From NCBI RefSeq assembly GCF_902713615.1, contig NC_052154.1, positions 178,173,873 to 178,237,872 of the forward strand: 64,000 nucleotides of DNA. Reading direction: 5' to 3'. The DNA is from Scyliorhinus canicula. Its lineage: Eukaryota. Numbering within the stretch: position 1 is the first letter of the stretch; each line of letters starts with the position of its first letter. Shown here one piece after another: positions 10,614 through 21,985 of the stretch. The position numbers and the translations under genes were made by a program. Under the pieces are notes generated by a model that was not told where the DNA came from, did no database searches, and was given only the letters and a program-made list of their open reading frames with translations.

Positions 10614-11046
10614 CTCTTACTCCTCTTTGTCACCTTCACCTTGGCATTTGGCTCTCAGCGACGAGAGGCCGCCAAGCACCAGCCAAGTAAGTCTAAGGTC
10701 AATGCACGCTACGAGATAGGCGCTCCTAGCTACTATTCCATACCAGTTCGAAGCCAGCAGTATCAGAACCGGACCATGGCCATTGTTCCTCTGACTGAGT
10801 GGGCGCCCGAAGCTAAGTATAGGCTTTTAGTGGTAGTTGTAGTTTAGTGAGTAGAGTTTGTGCATGAGTAATAATTGACTGTGTGTGTAAATAAGAGTGC
10901 ATTGATTTCAAACTTACTAACTGGTGTATCGAGTCATTGATCAGTATTCGGTTTTGAACCTTGTGGTGGTATCAGAAAGATACCTGGCGACTCTTGAGCA
11001 AAGGTAATTAGAACAGAGCAAATTAAGGGAAAGCATAATGATCAAC
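10614..11046 (+). mobile_element. Segment of an unrelated LTR-like repeat replacing the 3' part of the 5' LTR and the leader
   Basis: Similarity to the 3' LTR stops abruptly at 10613; the foreign segment ends ...tgatcaaca and gag resumes immediately. Confidence 0.55.
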
Positions 11047-13560
11047 AGAAGGAAAATTATGCTCAGCAGACCAACATAATCTATGGCAGGCATCTCCTAT
11101 CAATGCGGCGCCAACTTCCCGGTGAGTCTGTGGAAGATTTCTGGCATGCCCGGCTCGCCCTAGTGAGAGACTGTGACTACCAGGCCGTTTCGGCCACTGA
11201 ACACTCGATCCTGGTGATGAGAGATGCGATCGTTACGGGCATAGGGTCTGACTACAGTCGCCAGTGTCTCTTAGAGGGGGCCATGCTTGACCTCGCGGCA
11301 ACCAAAAAACTAGCGCTCTTGCTTACGGACGCCTCACGCAACGTTCAGGCCTATGCTTCCGACCGCGCGGCCCAACCCCTGTGCATCATGGACACCGCCG
11401 ACGGCCAGCCCATCATGTGCCCCATCAGTGACAGCCCCCAGCCAACCCCATGCCTGCGCCGCGCGGCAGCCAACCAACCCCGGGGGGCCCAAATGCTGCT
11501 TCTGTGGACAGTCAAAACACCCCCGGCAGCACTGCCCGGCGCAGAGCACCCTCTGCAAGGCCTGTGGCAAGATGGGACATTTCGCTGCAGTGTGCTAGGC
11601 CCGCTCAATCGCCGCTATTGCCCCGGCACCCCCCACGTGCGGTCAGTGAGCACCGCCATCTTCCCCTCCTCGGACCACGTGCAGCCTGTGGGCACCGCCA
11701 CCTTGCTCTACTCACAAAACGTGCAGCCCGTGGGCGCCGCCATCATGCCTGCCTCAGGGCCAATGGGCACCGCCATCTTGCGTGCCCCAGGACACGTGCG
11801 GCCAAGGGCGCCGCCATCTGCCTCCCCGAGGACATGTGCGGCCCTTGGGCGCCACCATCTTACCCGCCTCAGGACCCCTGCCCGTTGGGCAGCTCATCAG
11901 GCTGCTCATCGCCTGCAACTGCCGACGACCAGCCGCGTTTCGCCTCGGTCATGACTGACCAGTCTCGACCGCACAATCTCGCGACCGCTTCAACAAAGGT
12001 GAAGGTCGACCGGCACAAAATCTCCTGCCTTCTGGACTCCGGGAGCACTGAGAGCTTCATCCACCCCGATACGGTAAGGCGCTGCTTCCTCGCGGTACAC
12101 CCCGCTAACCAGAGAATCTTCCTGGCCTCCGGATCCTACTCCGTGGCGATCCGGGGTACTGCATCGCCACCTTCACCGTCCAGGGCGTGGAGTTCAGTGG
12201 CTTCCGCCTCTACGTCCTCCCCAACCTCTGTGGTGCCTTGCTACTTGGCCTGGACTTCCAGTGCAACCTCCAGAGCCGAACCCTGAAATTTGGTGGGCCC
12301 CTACCACCCCTTACCGTTTGCGGCCTCGCGACCCTTAAGGTCGACCCTTCCCTTTTTGCAAACCTAACCCCGGATTGCAAACCCGTCGCCACCAGGAGCA
12401 GATGGTACAGCGCCCAGAACAGGACCTTCATCAGGTCTGAGGTCCAGCAGCTGCTGCAGGAAGGATCATCGAGACCAACAACAGCCCCTGGAGAGACCAA
12501 GTGGTAGTGATGAAAACCGGGGAGAACAACAGGATGGTCATTGACTACATCAATCGGTACACACAGCTCGACGCGTATCCCCTCCCACACATATCTGATA
12601 TGGTCAATCAGATTTCACAATACAGGGTCTTCGCGACAGTGGACCTCAAATCTTCCTACCACCAGCTCCCCATCCATAAGGCAGACTGCCCATACACTGC
12701 GTTTGAAGCAGACAGCCACCTTTACCACTTTCTTAGGGTTCCCTTCGGCGTCACCAACGGAGTCTCAGTCTTCCAACGGGAGATGGACCGAATGGTGGAC
12801 CAGTACAGACTGCGGGCCACTTTCCCGTACCTGGACAACATCACCATCTGCGGCCACGACCAGCAGGACCACGACGTTAACCTTTCCAAATTTCTCCACA
12901 CCGCCACTCTCCTCAACCTCACGTATAAGGAGAAATGCGTGTTCAGCACGAACCAATTAGCCATCCTCGGCTATGTGGTCCAGAATGGAGTTCTGGCCCT
13001 ACGGTCCAGAAATCTACTGGCCTCCCGCTGCCAGGAGGTCCTCCCCGACGCACTCCACTCCATTCGGTCGCTTCTGTGCACCGCGTCTAACGAAACCCCC
13101 CCCCCCCCATGAACATCTCTTTGCCTTGCCCAGGAAGTCCACCTCCGGGGTTTCGCTCCCAACGTGGCTGGCAGCTCCAGGACCTATTCTCCTCCGTCAA
13201 CACATGCAACTCCACAAGACAGACCAGTTGGTTGAGAGGGTACAGCTACTCCATGCCAACCCGCAGTACGCTTACGTACCGTACCCTGACGGCCACCAAG
13301 GCACAGTTTCCCTCAGGGACCTGGCACCAGCTAGTTCCATACACACCCCCCATCTGCCCCGGCGCCACCCTCCCTTCCCCCAGCGCATCCCATTGCAGTC
13401 CCTGCTCCAGGACAATCCGTCCTCCCCTTGCTCCCACCCGGGGATGAAGAGGATTTTGACATGCTCCAGGAGTCCCGAAGACCAAGCCGACGCCTGAGCC
13501 GCCACCAGCACTGCGGTGCTCTCGACGACAGATCAAGGCACCGGACCACCTAAATTTATA
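11047..13560 (+). pseudogene. Frameshifted Gypsy gag-pol (zinc knuckles, protease, RT, integrase C-terminus); RNase H and most of the integrase core deleted
   Basis: CCFCGQSKHPRQHC and CKACGKMGHFAAVC; LLDSGS protease; RVPFGVTNG and YLDN RT; RT joins directly to ALRSRNL...HSIRSLLCTA at about 12995. Confidence 0.88.
11635..11875 (+). repeat. Six degenerate 35-42-bp tandem units between gag and protease
   Basis: Repeated cacgtgc...gggc(a/g)ccgccatctt. Confidence 0.8.
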
Positions 13561-14027
13561 ATATTCTCTGATTTTTAAAAGCAACTTGTCTGTATATAGT
13601 TCTCCACCACCCCCGCTGGACTCATTTTTAACAGGGGGTGAATGTGGTAGTCACCGCTGATGCATTATACTGTATATATATATATATATATATATATGGG
13701 TTTTACGGTAAGGCCCCTGTACCACAGGTACGGGGGTAGATCCCTACCTGCTATCTCCGCCCAGTAGGCGGAGTATAAATATGTGTGCTCTCCGTACAGC
13801 AGCCATTTTGTCAGCTGCTGTAGAAGGCCACACATCTTTGTGTAATAAAGCCTCGATTACATTCTACTCTCGTCTCGTCATAATTGATCGTGCATCACAA
13901 AGCAATGCTAGAAGCAATGCTATACCAATTCAATTCTCCTTATTTTGTGAAATGTTTCTTTAAATAATTTCCTGGATATATTTACGAGTTTTAAAAGGCT
14001 GGAAACAACATTTCAAAAATCACCATG

Positions 14028-14346
14028 GAGTCACAGAATCCCTGCAGTCAGAAGGAAGCGATTCGGCCGATGTAGTCTGCCCTCCGAAAGAGCTCCCTAA
14101 CTAGGCCCACACTCTCGCCCTATCCCCGTTACCTCATGTAACCTGCACATCTTTGGACACTAAGGGGAAATTTAGCATGGCCAATCCACCGAACATGCGT
14201 ATCTTTGCACTGTGGGAGGAAACTGCACCACCCGGAAGAAACCATGCAGACACAGGAAGAATAAGCAAACTCCACACAGTCATCCAAGACCAGAATTCAA
14301 CTCGGGTCCCTGGTGCTGTGAGGCAGCAGTGCTAACCAAAGTGCCA
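14028..14346 (-). mobile_element. HE1/V-SINE-like tRNA-derived SINE
   Basis: A/B boxes (tggttagcactgctgcctcacagc, gagttgaattc), central domain, CR1-like tail. Confidence 0.85.
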
Positions 14347-15539
14347 TCAGTTAGATTGTGGTACAATACTCAATTCCTTCAAAAATCTTTTAAAAACCAT
14401 CAAAACCTTTTTAAAACATATTTATTGGTATCTCTATCCCCAAATGATCCAGCTTAATTTATTGAGTGTCTCAAAGGCCTGCAAATGAATCCAATTAGCA
14501 GAAACTCCCAATGGTGATTTATTCACCCTGGGGACAGGATCAGTTTTGTGCGTGGAGACTGCTTCTAGTACGATGTTTCGAAACCTACAAAAAGCTCGTA
14601 CAAGCTAAATTTGTGCTGAACGCAGTTTGCACTTAAAATGTTGAGACCTTCTTCACCTGGTGCATCGGAACTGGGAAAACTGTGCCGAAACAAAACAGTC
14701 CAATCAAGTGGAAACTCTGAACCTTGCTATTTCCGCAGATCAGCAGATAAATGAATCAAATCGACACATCATCACGACCATTATAGTAGAAGTTATTTCT
14801 CATTTCTGTCATGGGTGATCCAATCTGACAGAAGGAACGGTGGTAACCTTTGGCGCTCAACTTGGTAAAACTGGACTTTGTACAGACACAGGACAACACC
14901 TCACTGGCCATTATGAGAGCATAAGAGCATATGAGAGCAGAATGTTTCCACCCAGATGTGGTGGTCCCAGTAAAGGCAGGGAAGTGGGAAGGAATTGGGG
15001 AAGACCAACAGGCTAGGAAACTGGGGCATGTGGATCCTGGAGGTCTTGTTGAATTCAACAGACATTAACGATCAGGAAATCAGGTTAGATATCAGGGGTC
15101 AGACAAAGAGGTAAGTTGGACCACAAGGTTCCAATTGCAGGGTGGTTTACAAATCAGCTCCAGGGGCCCAGCAGTAGCATTCAGCCCTTCTTTCCCACCG
15201 CAGTGTTGTAAAGGTGTGAATCTGACAGAGCCAATCGTTTCTTTCCATTCAGCCACAAGGTTTGAGGGCCTTGTTTGAAAAACACTCCCCAGGAGTTAAC
15301 TATAGATCATCCCCATTAAAATCTTTTCAGTATTGACCACCAGAGAGCAGGTTAGTCACTTGCAACACTCCGCCAACCCAAACCACTTTCATTAACACTA
15401 GAAATGTGCTGGTTGAAGGTGGGCTGGGTCAGGTTTTGCCATTTTCAAAGTTTATGTTACGATTCCCCTACGGGTGAGCCAACATCATGGCCATGTTGTT
15501 ATTTAACCTCTCCCACCCTCGAACCTGCTCCTGAACATC

Positions 15540-15730
15540 ACTTCTGTTCTACCCGACCACCACCACAAACCCCCTCTCACCTTTCTCAACAGCATAAAAC
15601 CCATCGCATTCCTACCTCCCTTTGGTTCCTGAAGAACAGTCTTATTCAACTCAAAACATTAACTCTGTTTCTTTCTCCGCAGATGGTGCCGGACCTGCCG
15701 AGCTCTTCCAGCATTTTCTGTCTCTATTCC
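15540..15730 (+). mobile_element. Penelope-like repeat fragment with degenerate hammerhead motif at about 15624-15664
   Basis: CTGAAGA...AAAACATT followed by ctctgtttctttctccgcagatg...ccagcattttctg, shared with 47583-47715 (minus) and 33075-33135 (minus). Confidence 0.55.
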
Positions 15731-17062
15731 ACGGCACTCGAGACTTGTGTTTCTATTTAACTTGCACAACTCGGAAGAATTTCTCATCTTGTAATTGAAT
15801 TTGGAGTACATAGCCTGCTGTACAGATGGTTCCTGTTGGAATCATGTTGATCTCTTAACTGAATTGAAATAGTATCTTAACTCTCACTGTACAGTGGGAA
15901 CAGTGCAGGCATCTTGGCATAGCGGTGGGGTGGGTTGGTAGGGGAGGGTGGGGCGAGGTTTGTGCTGTGGTCTCATCATGTTATCGGCCTCCTGCCGATT
16001 TTAAATAACCTAACATCATGCTCAGCAAAGCTGTCCGCCCCAGAAGGGGAGGGTCCTAATTGAAGTGGCAAAGACATGTCCTGCTGACATTACTAGTAGG
16101 GCAGATTTTATTTTACTTCAGCACTTCCATAACCCCTGAACATAAGCAATAAAAAAAGACTGAATGCATTAAATCTGAGCAGCTGATGTCGTGTTGCACA
16201 CGCTGAAGTGAAAATGGATTTTAAAATCTGTCTACTGCCCTCTGCCTCAAATGGACAGATACCTGATGATTTTCATTATCACTTAGCTGGGCGTGATAGA
16301 CTTCATTATTTCACAAACTGCCTTTGATGAACAGAGGAAACATGATGACTGCCCATGTTTAGATCTTAAATTGACTTTTCTCACTTTACATCCGTGCCGC
16401 AGCCTTACACAATGTCTCATGTGGACGTTCCGAGACTTTGCAGTCCCTGCTGACTTTGGATCCGAAGGGCAGGTGGGCTCTTTGGCGTGGATTCCACCTT
16501 TCCAATTTCATCACCAAAACAAGACAGCGAGCAACAGTGATAGAAAAATAGAATCACAGAAGATAGGAACAGGAGGAGGCCATTCGGCCCTTCAAGCCTG
16601 CTCCACCATTCGTCACGATCATGGCTAATCGTCCAACTCAACAGCCTAATCCTGCTTTCTCCCCATAACCCTTGGTTCCTTTTGCCCCGTGCCATATCTA
16701 GCGGCCTCTTGAATATATTCAATTTCTTAGCCTCAACTACTTCCTGTGGTAAAGAATTCCACAGGCTCACCATTCTTTGGGTGAAGAAATGTCTCCTCAT
16801 CTCTGTTCCAAATGGTCTACCCCGAATCCTCAGACTGTGAGCCCGGTTCTGTACACACCCACCATCGGGGACATCCTCCCTGCATCCACCCTATCTAGTC
16901 CTGTTAGAATTTTATAATTTTCCATGAGATTCCCCTTCATTCGTCTGAACTCCAGTGAAAACAATCCTAACCTAGTCAATCTCTCTCCTTATACGTCAGT
17001 CCTGCCACACCCGGAATCAGCCTGGTAAACCTTGGGTGCACTCCATCAAGAGCAAGAACATT

Positions 17063-17232
17063 GGGCTGGATTCTCCGCCCCGCCACGGCACTTTTCTGCC
17101 CTAACCCGCCGACGGGATTCTCCGTTACGCCGGCCGGTCAATGGGGTTGCCCATTGTGGGGCACCCCCACGTCGCCAGGAAAGCCCCGGGCGCCGGAAAA
17201 ATGGAGAGGCACGCCGGTGGAGAATCCCGCCC
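17063..17232. mobile_element. Short (170-bp) MITE of the GC-rich TIR family; TSD ATT/ATC
   Basis: gggctggattctcc / ggagaatcccgccc; removing it restores the CR1 sequence gcaagaacatccttcctc. Confidence 0.88.
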
Positions 17233-17703
17233 ATCCTTCCTCAGAAAAGGAGACCAAAACTGCACACAATATTCTAGGTGTGGCCTCACCAAGGCTCTGT
17301 ATAATTGCAGCAACACATCCCTGCTCCTGTACTCGACCTCTCGCAATGAAAGCCAACATGCCATTAGCTTTCTTTATCACCTGCTGAATGTGCATGCTCA
17401 CATTCAGCGAATGGTGCACAAGGACACCCATGTCCCGCTGCACACTCCCCTCTCCCAATTTACAGCCATTCAGGTCGTAATCTGTCTTCTTGTCTTTGCT
17501 TGCAAAGTGAATGACCTCTCATTTATCCAAATTATCCTGCATCTGCCATTGATTTGCGCACTCACTCAACCTGTCCAGATCATGATGAAGGATCTATGCA
17601 TCCTTGTCACAGTACACCCGCCCACCCAACTTGGGATCATCTGCAAACTTTGAGATGTTACATTTTGCTCCCCTGTCAAAATCATTAATATTAATATTAA
17701 CCA

Positions 17704-17897
17704 GGAGCTGGTTTAGCTCACCAGGCTAAATCGCTGGCTTTTAAAGCAGACCAAGCAGGCCAGCAGCACGGTTCGATTCCTGTACCAGCCGCCCCGGACA
17801 GGCGCTGGAATGTGGCGACTAGGGGCTTTTCACAGTAACTGTATTGAAGCCTACTCGTGACAATAAGCGATTTTCATTTTCATTTCATTTCATTCAT
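17704..17897 (+). mobile_element. Short tRNA-derived SINE (head type B) with (CATTT)n tail
   Basis: gctggtttagctca A box, ggttcgattcc B box, tail atgtggcgactaggggcttttcacagtaac; relatives at 28679-28857 (-), 51109-51288 (+), 53817-53893 (tail only). Confidence 0.85.
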
Positions 17898-18155
17898 ATA
17901 TTGTGAATAACTTGGGTGCCAGAACCGATCCCTGTGACAACCCACCAGTTACTGCCTGTCAATTTGACAAGGAACAGTTAATTCCTACTCTTTGTTTCCT
18001 TTTTGCCAACTAGTTTTCTCTCCATCTCAATACACTTCCCCTGTTATCAAGCTGGCCAAACTGCAAGTCATATTGAAGAATTCTCACTGGCAGCAAACTA
18101 GAAAGTAATAATAATTTGTTTTACAATTCTGCTGAACATTGGGGCATTCACATAG

Positions 18156-18463
18156 AGTGGCACAGCAGCAGTGTGGTTAGCACTGTGGCTTCACAGCGCC
18201 AGGGTCCCAGTTTCGGTTCCCGGCTTGGGTCACTGCCAGCGTGGACATTCTGCACGTTCTCCCCGTGTCTGCATGGGTTTCCTCCGGGTGCTCCAGTTTC
18301 CCCCCACAAGTCCCGAAAGATGTATTTGTTGGGTGAATTAGACATTCTGAATTCTCCCTCAGTGACCCTGAATAGGTACCGGAATGTGGCGACTCAGGGA
18401 TTTTCACAGTAACTTCACTGCAGTGTTAATGTAAGCCTTCTTGTGACGCTAATAAAGATTATT
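18156..18463 (+). mobile_element. HE1-headed SINE with alternative 3' tail
   Basis: HE1-like head plus the atgtggcgact...ttttcacagtaac tail; second copy at 21706-21985 (-). Confidence 0.85.
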
Positions 18464-18889
18464 ACTTCGAACTGAGGTATCGTAAAAAATTAAAAGAAAT
18501 CGATGGAATTTTTATATTGGAAATTTCACAGATATAAAAATAATTATTTTCAAGTTAAGAGAGGCTGGACAGCAGCAATTGTGACTTAATACACTCCTAA
18601 AAATCCAGTTACACCTCATTCAAATAGGTGTACTTGTTTTCAAGCGAGAGAGGTTTTTACAATGAGAATAACAGAATGCAAAGTGATAGTTCATGTCATG
18701 CTGTGATTTTGAACTGAACTGAACTGGGTAGACAATTCCAATTTGCACGGAATATCGCTTGTGTCCATCTTCTGCATGCTTTAAAGAATGAATCTGTGCT
18801 TTTTAGCTCAGGATCAGGCAATATATTCTGAACCCCCAAAATACAAAGTCATAGTACAGATCCCAAATTTCTGGAGTCTGTGTTCTTGC

Positions 18890-19370
18890 TATGGAGGGAG
18901 TGCAGTGAAGGTTTACCAGGCTGATTCCTGGGATGGTGAAACTGTCGGTTAGGATTATATTCATTGGAGTTAAGAAGAGTGAGAGGGGATCTCCTAGAAA
19001 CTTATAAAATTCTAACAGGATTAGGCAGGGTAGATTCAGAAAGAATATTCCTGATGGTGGGGGAGTCCAGAATTAGGGGTCATAGTTTGAGGATAAGGGG
19101 GAAAACTTTTAGGACTGAGGTGAGGAGAAATGACTTCACCCAGAGAGTGGTGAATCTGTGGAATTCGCTACCACAGAAAGTAATTGAGGCCAAAACGTTG
19201 TGTGATTTCAAGAAGGAATTAGATATCTCTTGGGGCTAAAGGATCAAGGGATATGGGCGGGGAGGGGAGGCGGGATCAGGGTTTTGAATTTGATGATCAG
19301 CCATGATCATAATGAATGGCGGAGCAGGTTCAACGGGCCGAATGCCCGCCTCCTGCATATGTTTCTGCGT
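18890..19370 (+). mobile_element. CR1 LINE 3' fragment
   Basis: RGDLLETYKIL...RGHSLRI...FTQRVVNLWNSLP. Confidence 0.88.
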
Positions 19371-20234
19371 AAGAAGCTCTTTTTTTCACTTTGAGGACTT
19401 GAGTTGGATTATTATCATTTGAACTCTGTGAGGCAGATACCCAAGTTCAACTAAATATTCAACCTTTTGAAAATGTGAACTGAAACTAATATAAAATCGT
19501 GATTTTTAGCCGAGCTCGGAAGACATTGTTTAGCAGACACCATCAATTGGAAAAAGAGAGCATGTTGGCATTGATTGATTGCTAATTGATAGTCAGTGCC
19601 ACGCGCAACAGACCACATGCCACCAACGTTCAATATGTTTTGCATTTCTGTTTCCTGGACAACAGAATCAAAGAAATTTCCTTGTGCTGTGACTCATGAT
19701 TAGGATGAATCTGTAATTCTTCAATGAAAGGAACAATGCTTTTACAAATCAAAGAAGCATGACTGACACATGCCTCTCTGCAAATTTGCGGTGGAGAATT
19801 GGCACCTTAGAAATTGTACTCATTACTGAAGATAAGAAAAGGAATGATAAAAAGTGGGTGGTTTAATTGGCTGCTGATTGGGCTTTAATATAACTGCAGC
19901 TCAAGATTGTAAGAATTTAGTTCAAAATTGACGTTCATTATGTCCTTAAATCTAGCACACACTCAAATCATTTTCTTCTCTATCACTTGCACTCCAGCAA
20001 AGGCTAACCTTGAGTTTATACAATAAATCCATTATTAGTCTGCTTGCAGATAGTCCCTTTGTTCTGTACCTAATGATAGAAACTTTCCATTCTTTTGCGA
20101 GACCCATATAAATCATTTTACCTGTGGAGCGGTTAGAACGTGGAATGGGCTAAAACAAGGAACTACAGAGCGACTTTTCAGAGCAAACTGAATATGAGGG
20201 AGAAATGTCAGCAGGGTCTCTGGCAGTCAGCATT

Positions 20235-20615
20235 GTCAGAGACCCCTCACACCCAGGCTTTTCCCTCTTCCAGATCCTTTAATCAGAAGATACAGAAGTC
20301 TGAAAACCCGCACATCCAGACATAGGAACAGCTTCTTCCCCGCAGCGACCATGCTCCTTAACGACTCTCCCTTTGACTGATCTGTTCCCTGTAAAAACAT
20401 TCGTCCTGACGCCCTATGCTGCTCTTGCCCATGTATTTGCTTTGTTTGGCCCTTGTTCCACATTGTAACCAATAACTTAATTGTCAATGTACTTTGTTGA
20501 TTATTCTTTTTTTTACTGTGTACGTATTGTGTACGTTCCCTTGGCCGCAGGAAAATACTTATCACTGTACTTCGGTACCTGTGACAATCAATAAATCAAG
20601 CAATCAGTCAATCAG
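20235..20615 (+). mobile_element. Rex1/Babar-like LINE 3' end
   Basis: RHRNSFFPAA-type C-terminal remnant, 3'UTR and (CAAT)-like tail. Confidence 0.6.
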
Positions 20616-21705
20616 TGATAGGGTTCACTGATAGAAGGTGTGGGGATGTCCATGGGGAAGCACAAGCATTTTGAAAGGTCAGTGTAAAGATGCACTTTCA
20701 CAGATTTGATTATTGACGACAAACTGTATAAATTAATAAGAATTTCAAAGCAGTCGCACAGTCACTCAGAGCCCATCTCACCATTGGGCTGAGCTCCAAT
20801 TGCTCACCAAAGCCAGATGACCCTTACTCTCCTGTGTTGTCCTTAAAGAGATGATTACCACAGTCAGTTAGGCCAAATAGCCTATTTCTGTGCAGTAAAT
20901 TCTACACCATTTTACATAAATGCTTAGCTGTTCATGGATTTATAGTTCTCAGTAGAAAACATCTATTGTAAGTGTCGTGTTAGTGAAATTCTAAATTTCT
21001 TTATGACCAGGGTGTGACTTGACACATCACCAGGGAAAAGAAATCCTCAAATATATGTACACAATGATTGACACTTTGATGTCACTGTTTTTAAAATGAC
21101 CTCAAGCCACGTTAACACAATCACTCACTATTGTGTAGTCTTTTAGCTTGGTGCTCAAGTGAGCTTATTCACTTCATTAACATTTATTCAGAGTCTTCGT
21201 TCCAGATTTTTTGCAGGTCAGGAAACCTCCGCAGTGCTTTAAAAATAAGGGGAGGGACCTGGGTGCAAAAGTCCCATCCCAGCCCCATTTCTGACAAATC
21301 CATTTTCTGCTGGTCGTGAGAAGTGGGTAGGATAACATTCAAAAAGACCGGAAACCCAGGTCTCAAGAGGACCGAGAAGGGCTTCTGAACCAGGCCGGGT
21401 TAGCACTCGCCCACCCCAATGGCCCACCTACGATCTGCTTTTGGGATCGGCAGGCTTGATTCTATCCTGCCCCTGCACCTCCTGAGCAAAAAGAAGCCTA
21501 ATGTGACCCTTCAATCCAAGGCCAAACTTGGCCCATACAATTTTACAGCACAGAGGTAAACCATTCTGTGACCAGTTCTCTAATGGTCTACTTCATACTA
21601 TCTCATGGTATTTTCTCCACATGCTTCTAATTTTGTTATTTTTCAAATGCTTGTCCATTCATCTTTTTAAAAGCAATCAGGCATTCTTCTTCTACCATTA
21701 TTATT

Positions 21706-21985
21706 AATAATAATCTTTATTGTTGTCACAAGTAGGCTTCCATTGACACTGCAATAAAGTTACTGTGAAAATCCCTTAGTCGCCACATTCTGGCGTCCTG
21801 TTCGGGTACACAGGGGGAGAATTCAGAATGTCCAATTCACCTAACAGCACGTCTTTCGGACTTGTAGGAGGAAACCGGAGCACCCGGAGGAAACCCACGC
21901 AGACACAGGAATAACGTGCTGAGTCCGCACAGAGAGTGACCCAAGCGGGAATCAAACCTGGGACCCTGGCGCTGTGAAGCAACAG
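21706..21985 (-). mobile_element. HE1-headed SINE with alternative tail, (ATT)n end
   Basis: Reverse complement of the 18156-18463 type. Confidence 0.85.

Larger units (their letters stand above)
10542..13897 (+). mobile_element. Ty3/Gypsy LTR retrotransposon, defective and chimeric; 5-bp TSD CATAG/CAAAG
   Basis: TGTGGTAGTCACC starts at 10542 and 13643; polypurine tract aacagggggtgaa at 13630-13642; 3' LTR ends GCATCA at 13897; gag-pol remnants between. Confidence 0.9.
16540..18042 (-). mobile_element. CR1 LINE 3' fragment with nested MITE and SINE
   Basis: [33 protein letters not shown]-like remnants. Confidence 0.9.

Noticed and set aside
14527-14585. Possible small minus-strand coding exon (FRNIVLEAVSTHKTDPVPR)
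   Set aside because: Splice signals are only moderate and the peptide is unrecognised; expected by chance.
16263-16285. Other CTGATGA occurrences (here and at about 33617, 39378, 47984, 49336) as hammerheads or C/D snoRNAs
   Set aside because: No correctly spaced stem II plus GAAA, and no terminal stem with a D box that I could identify.
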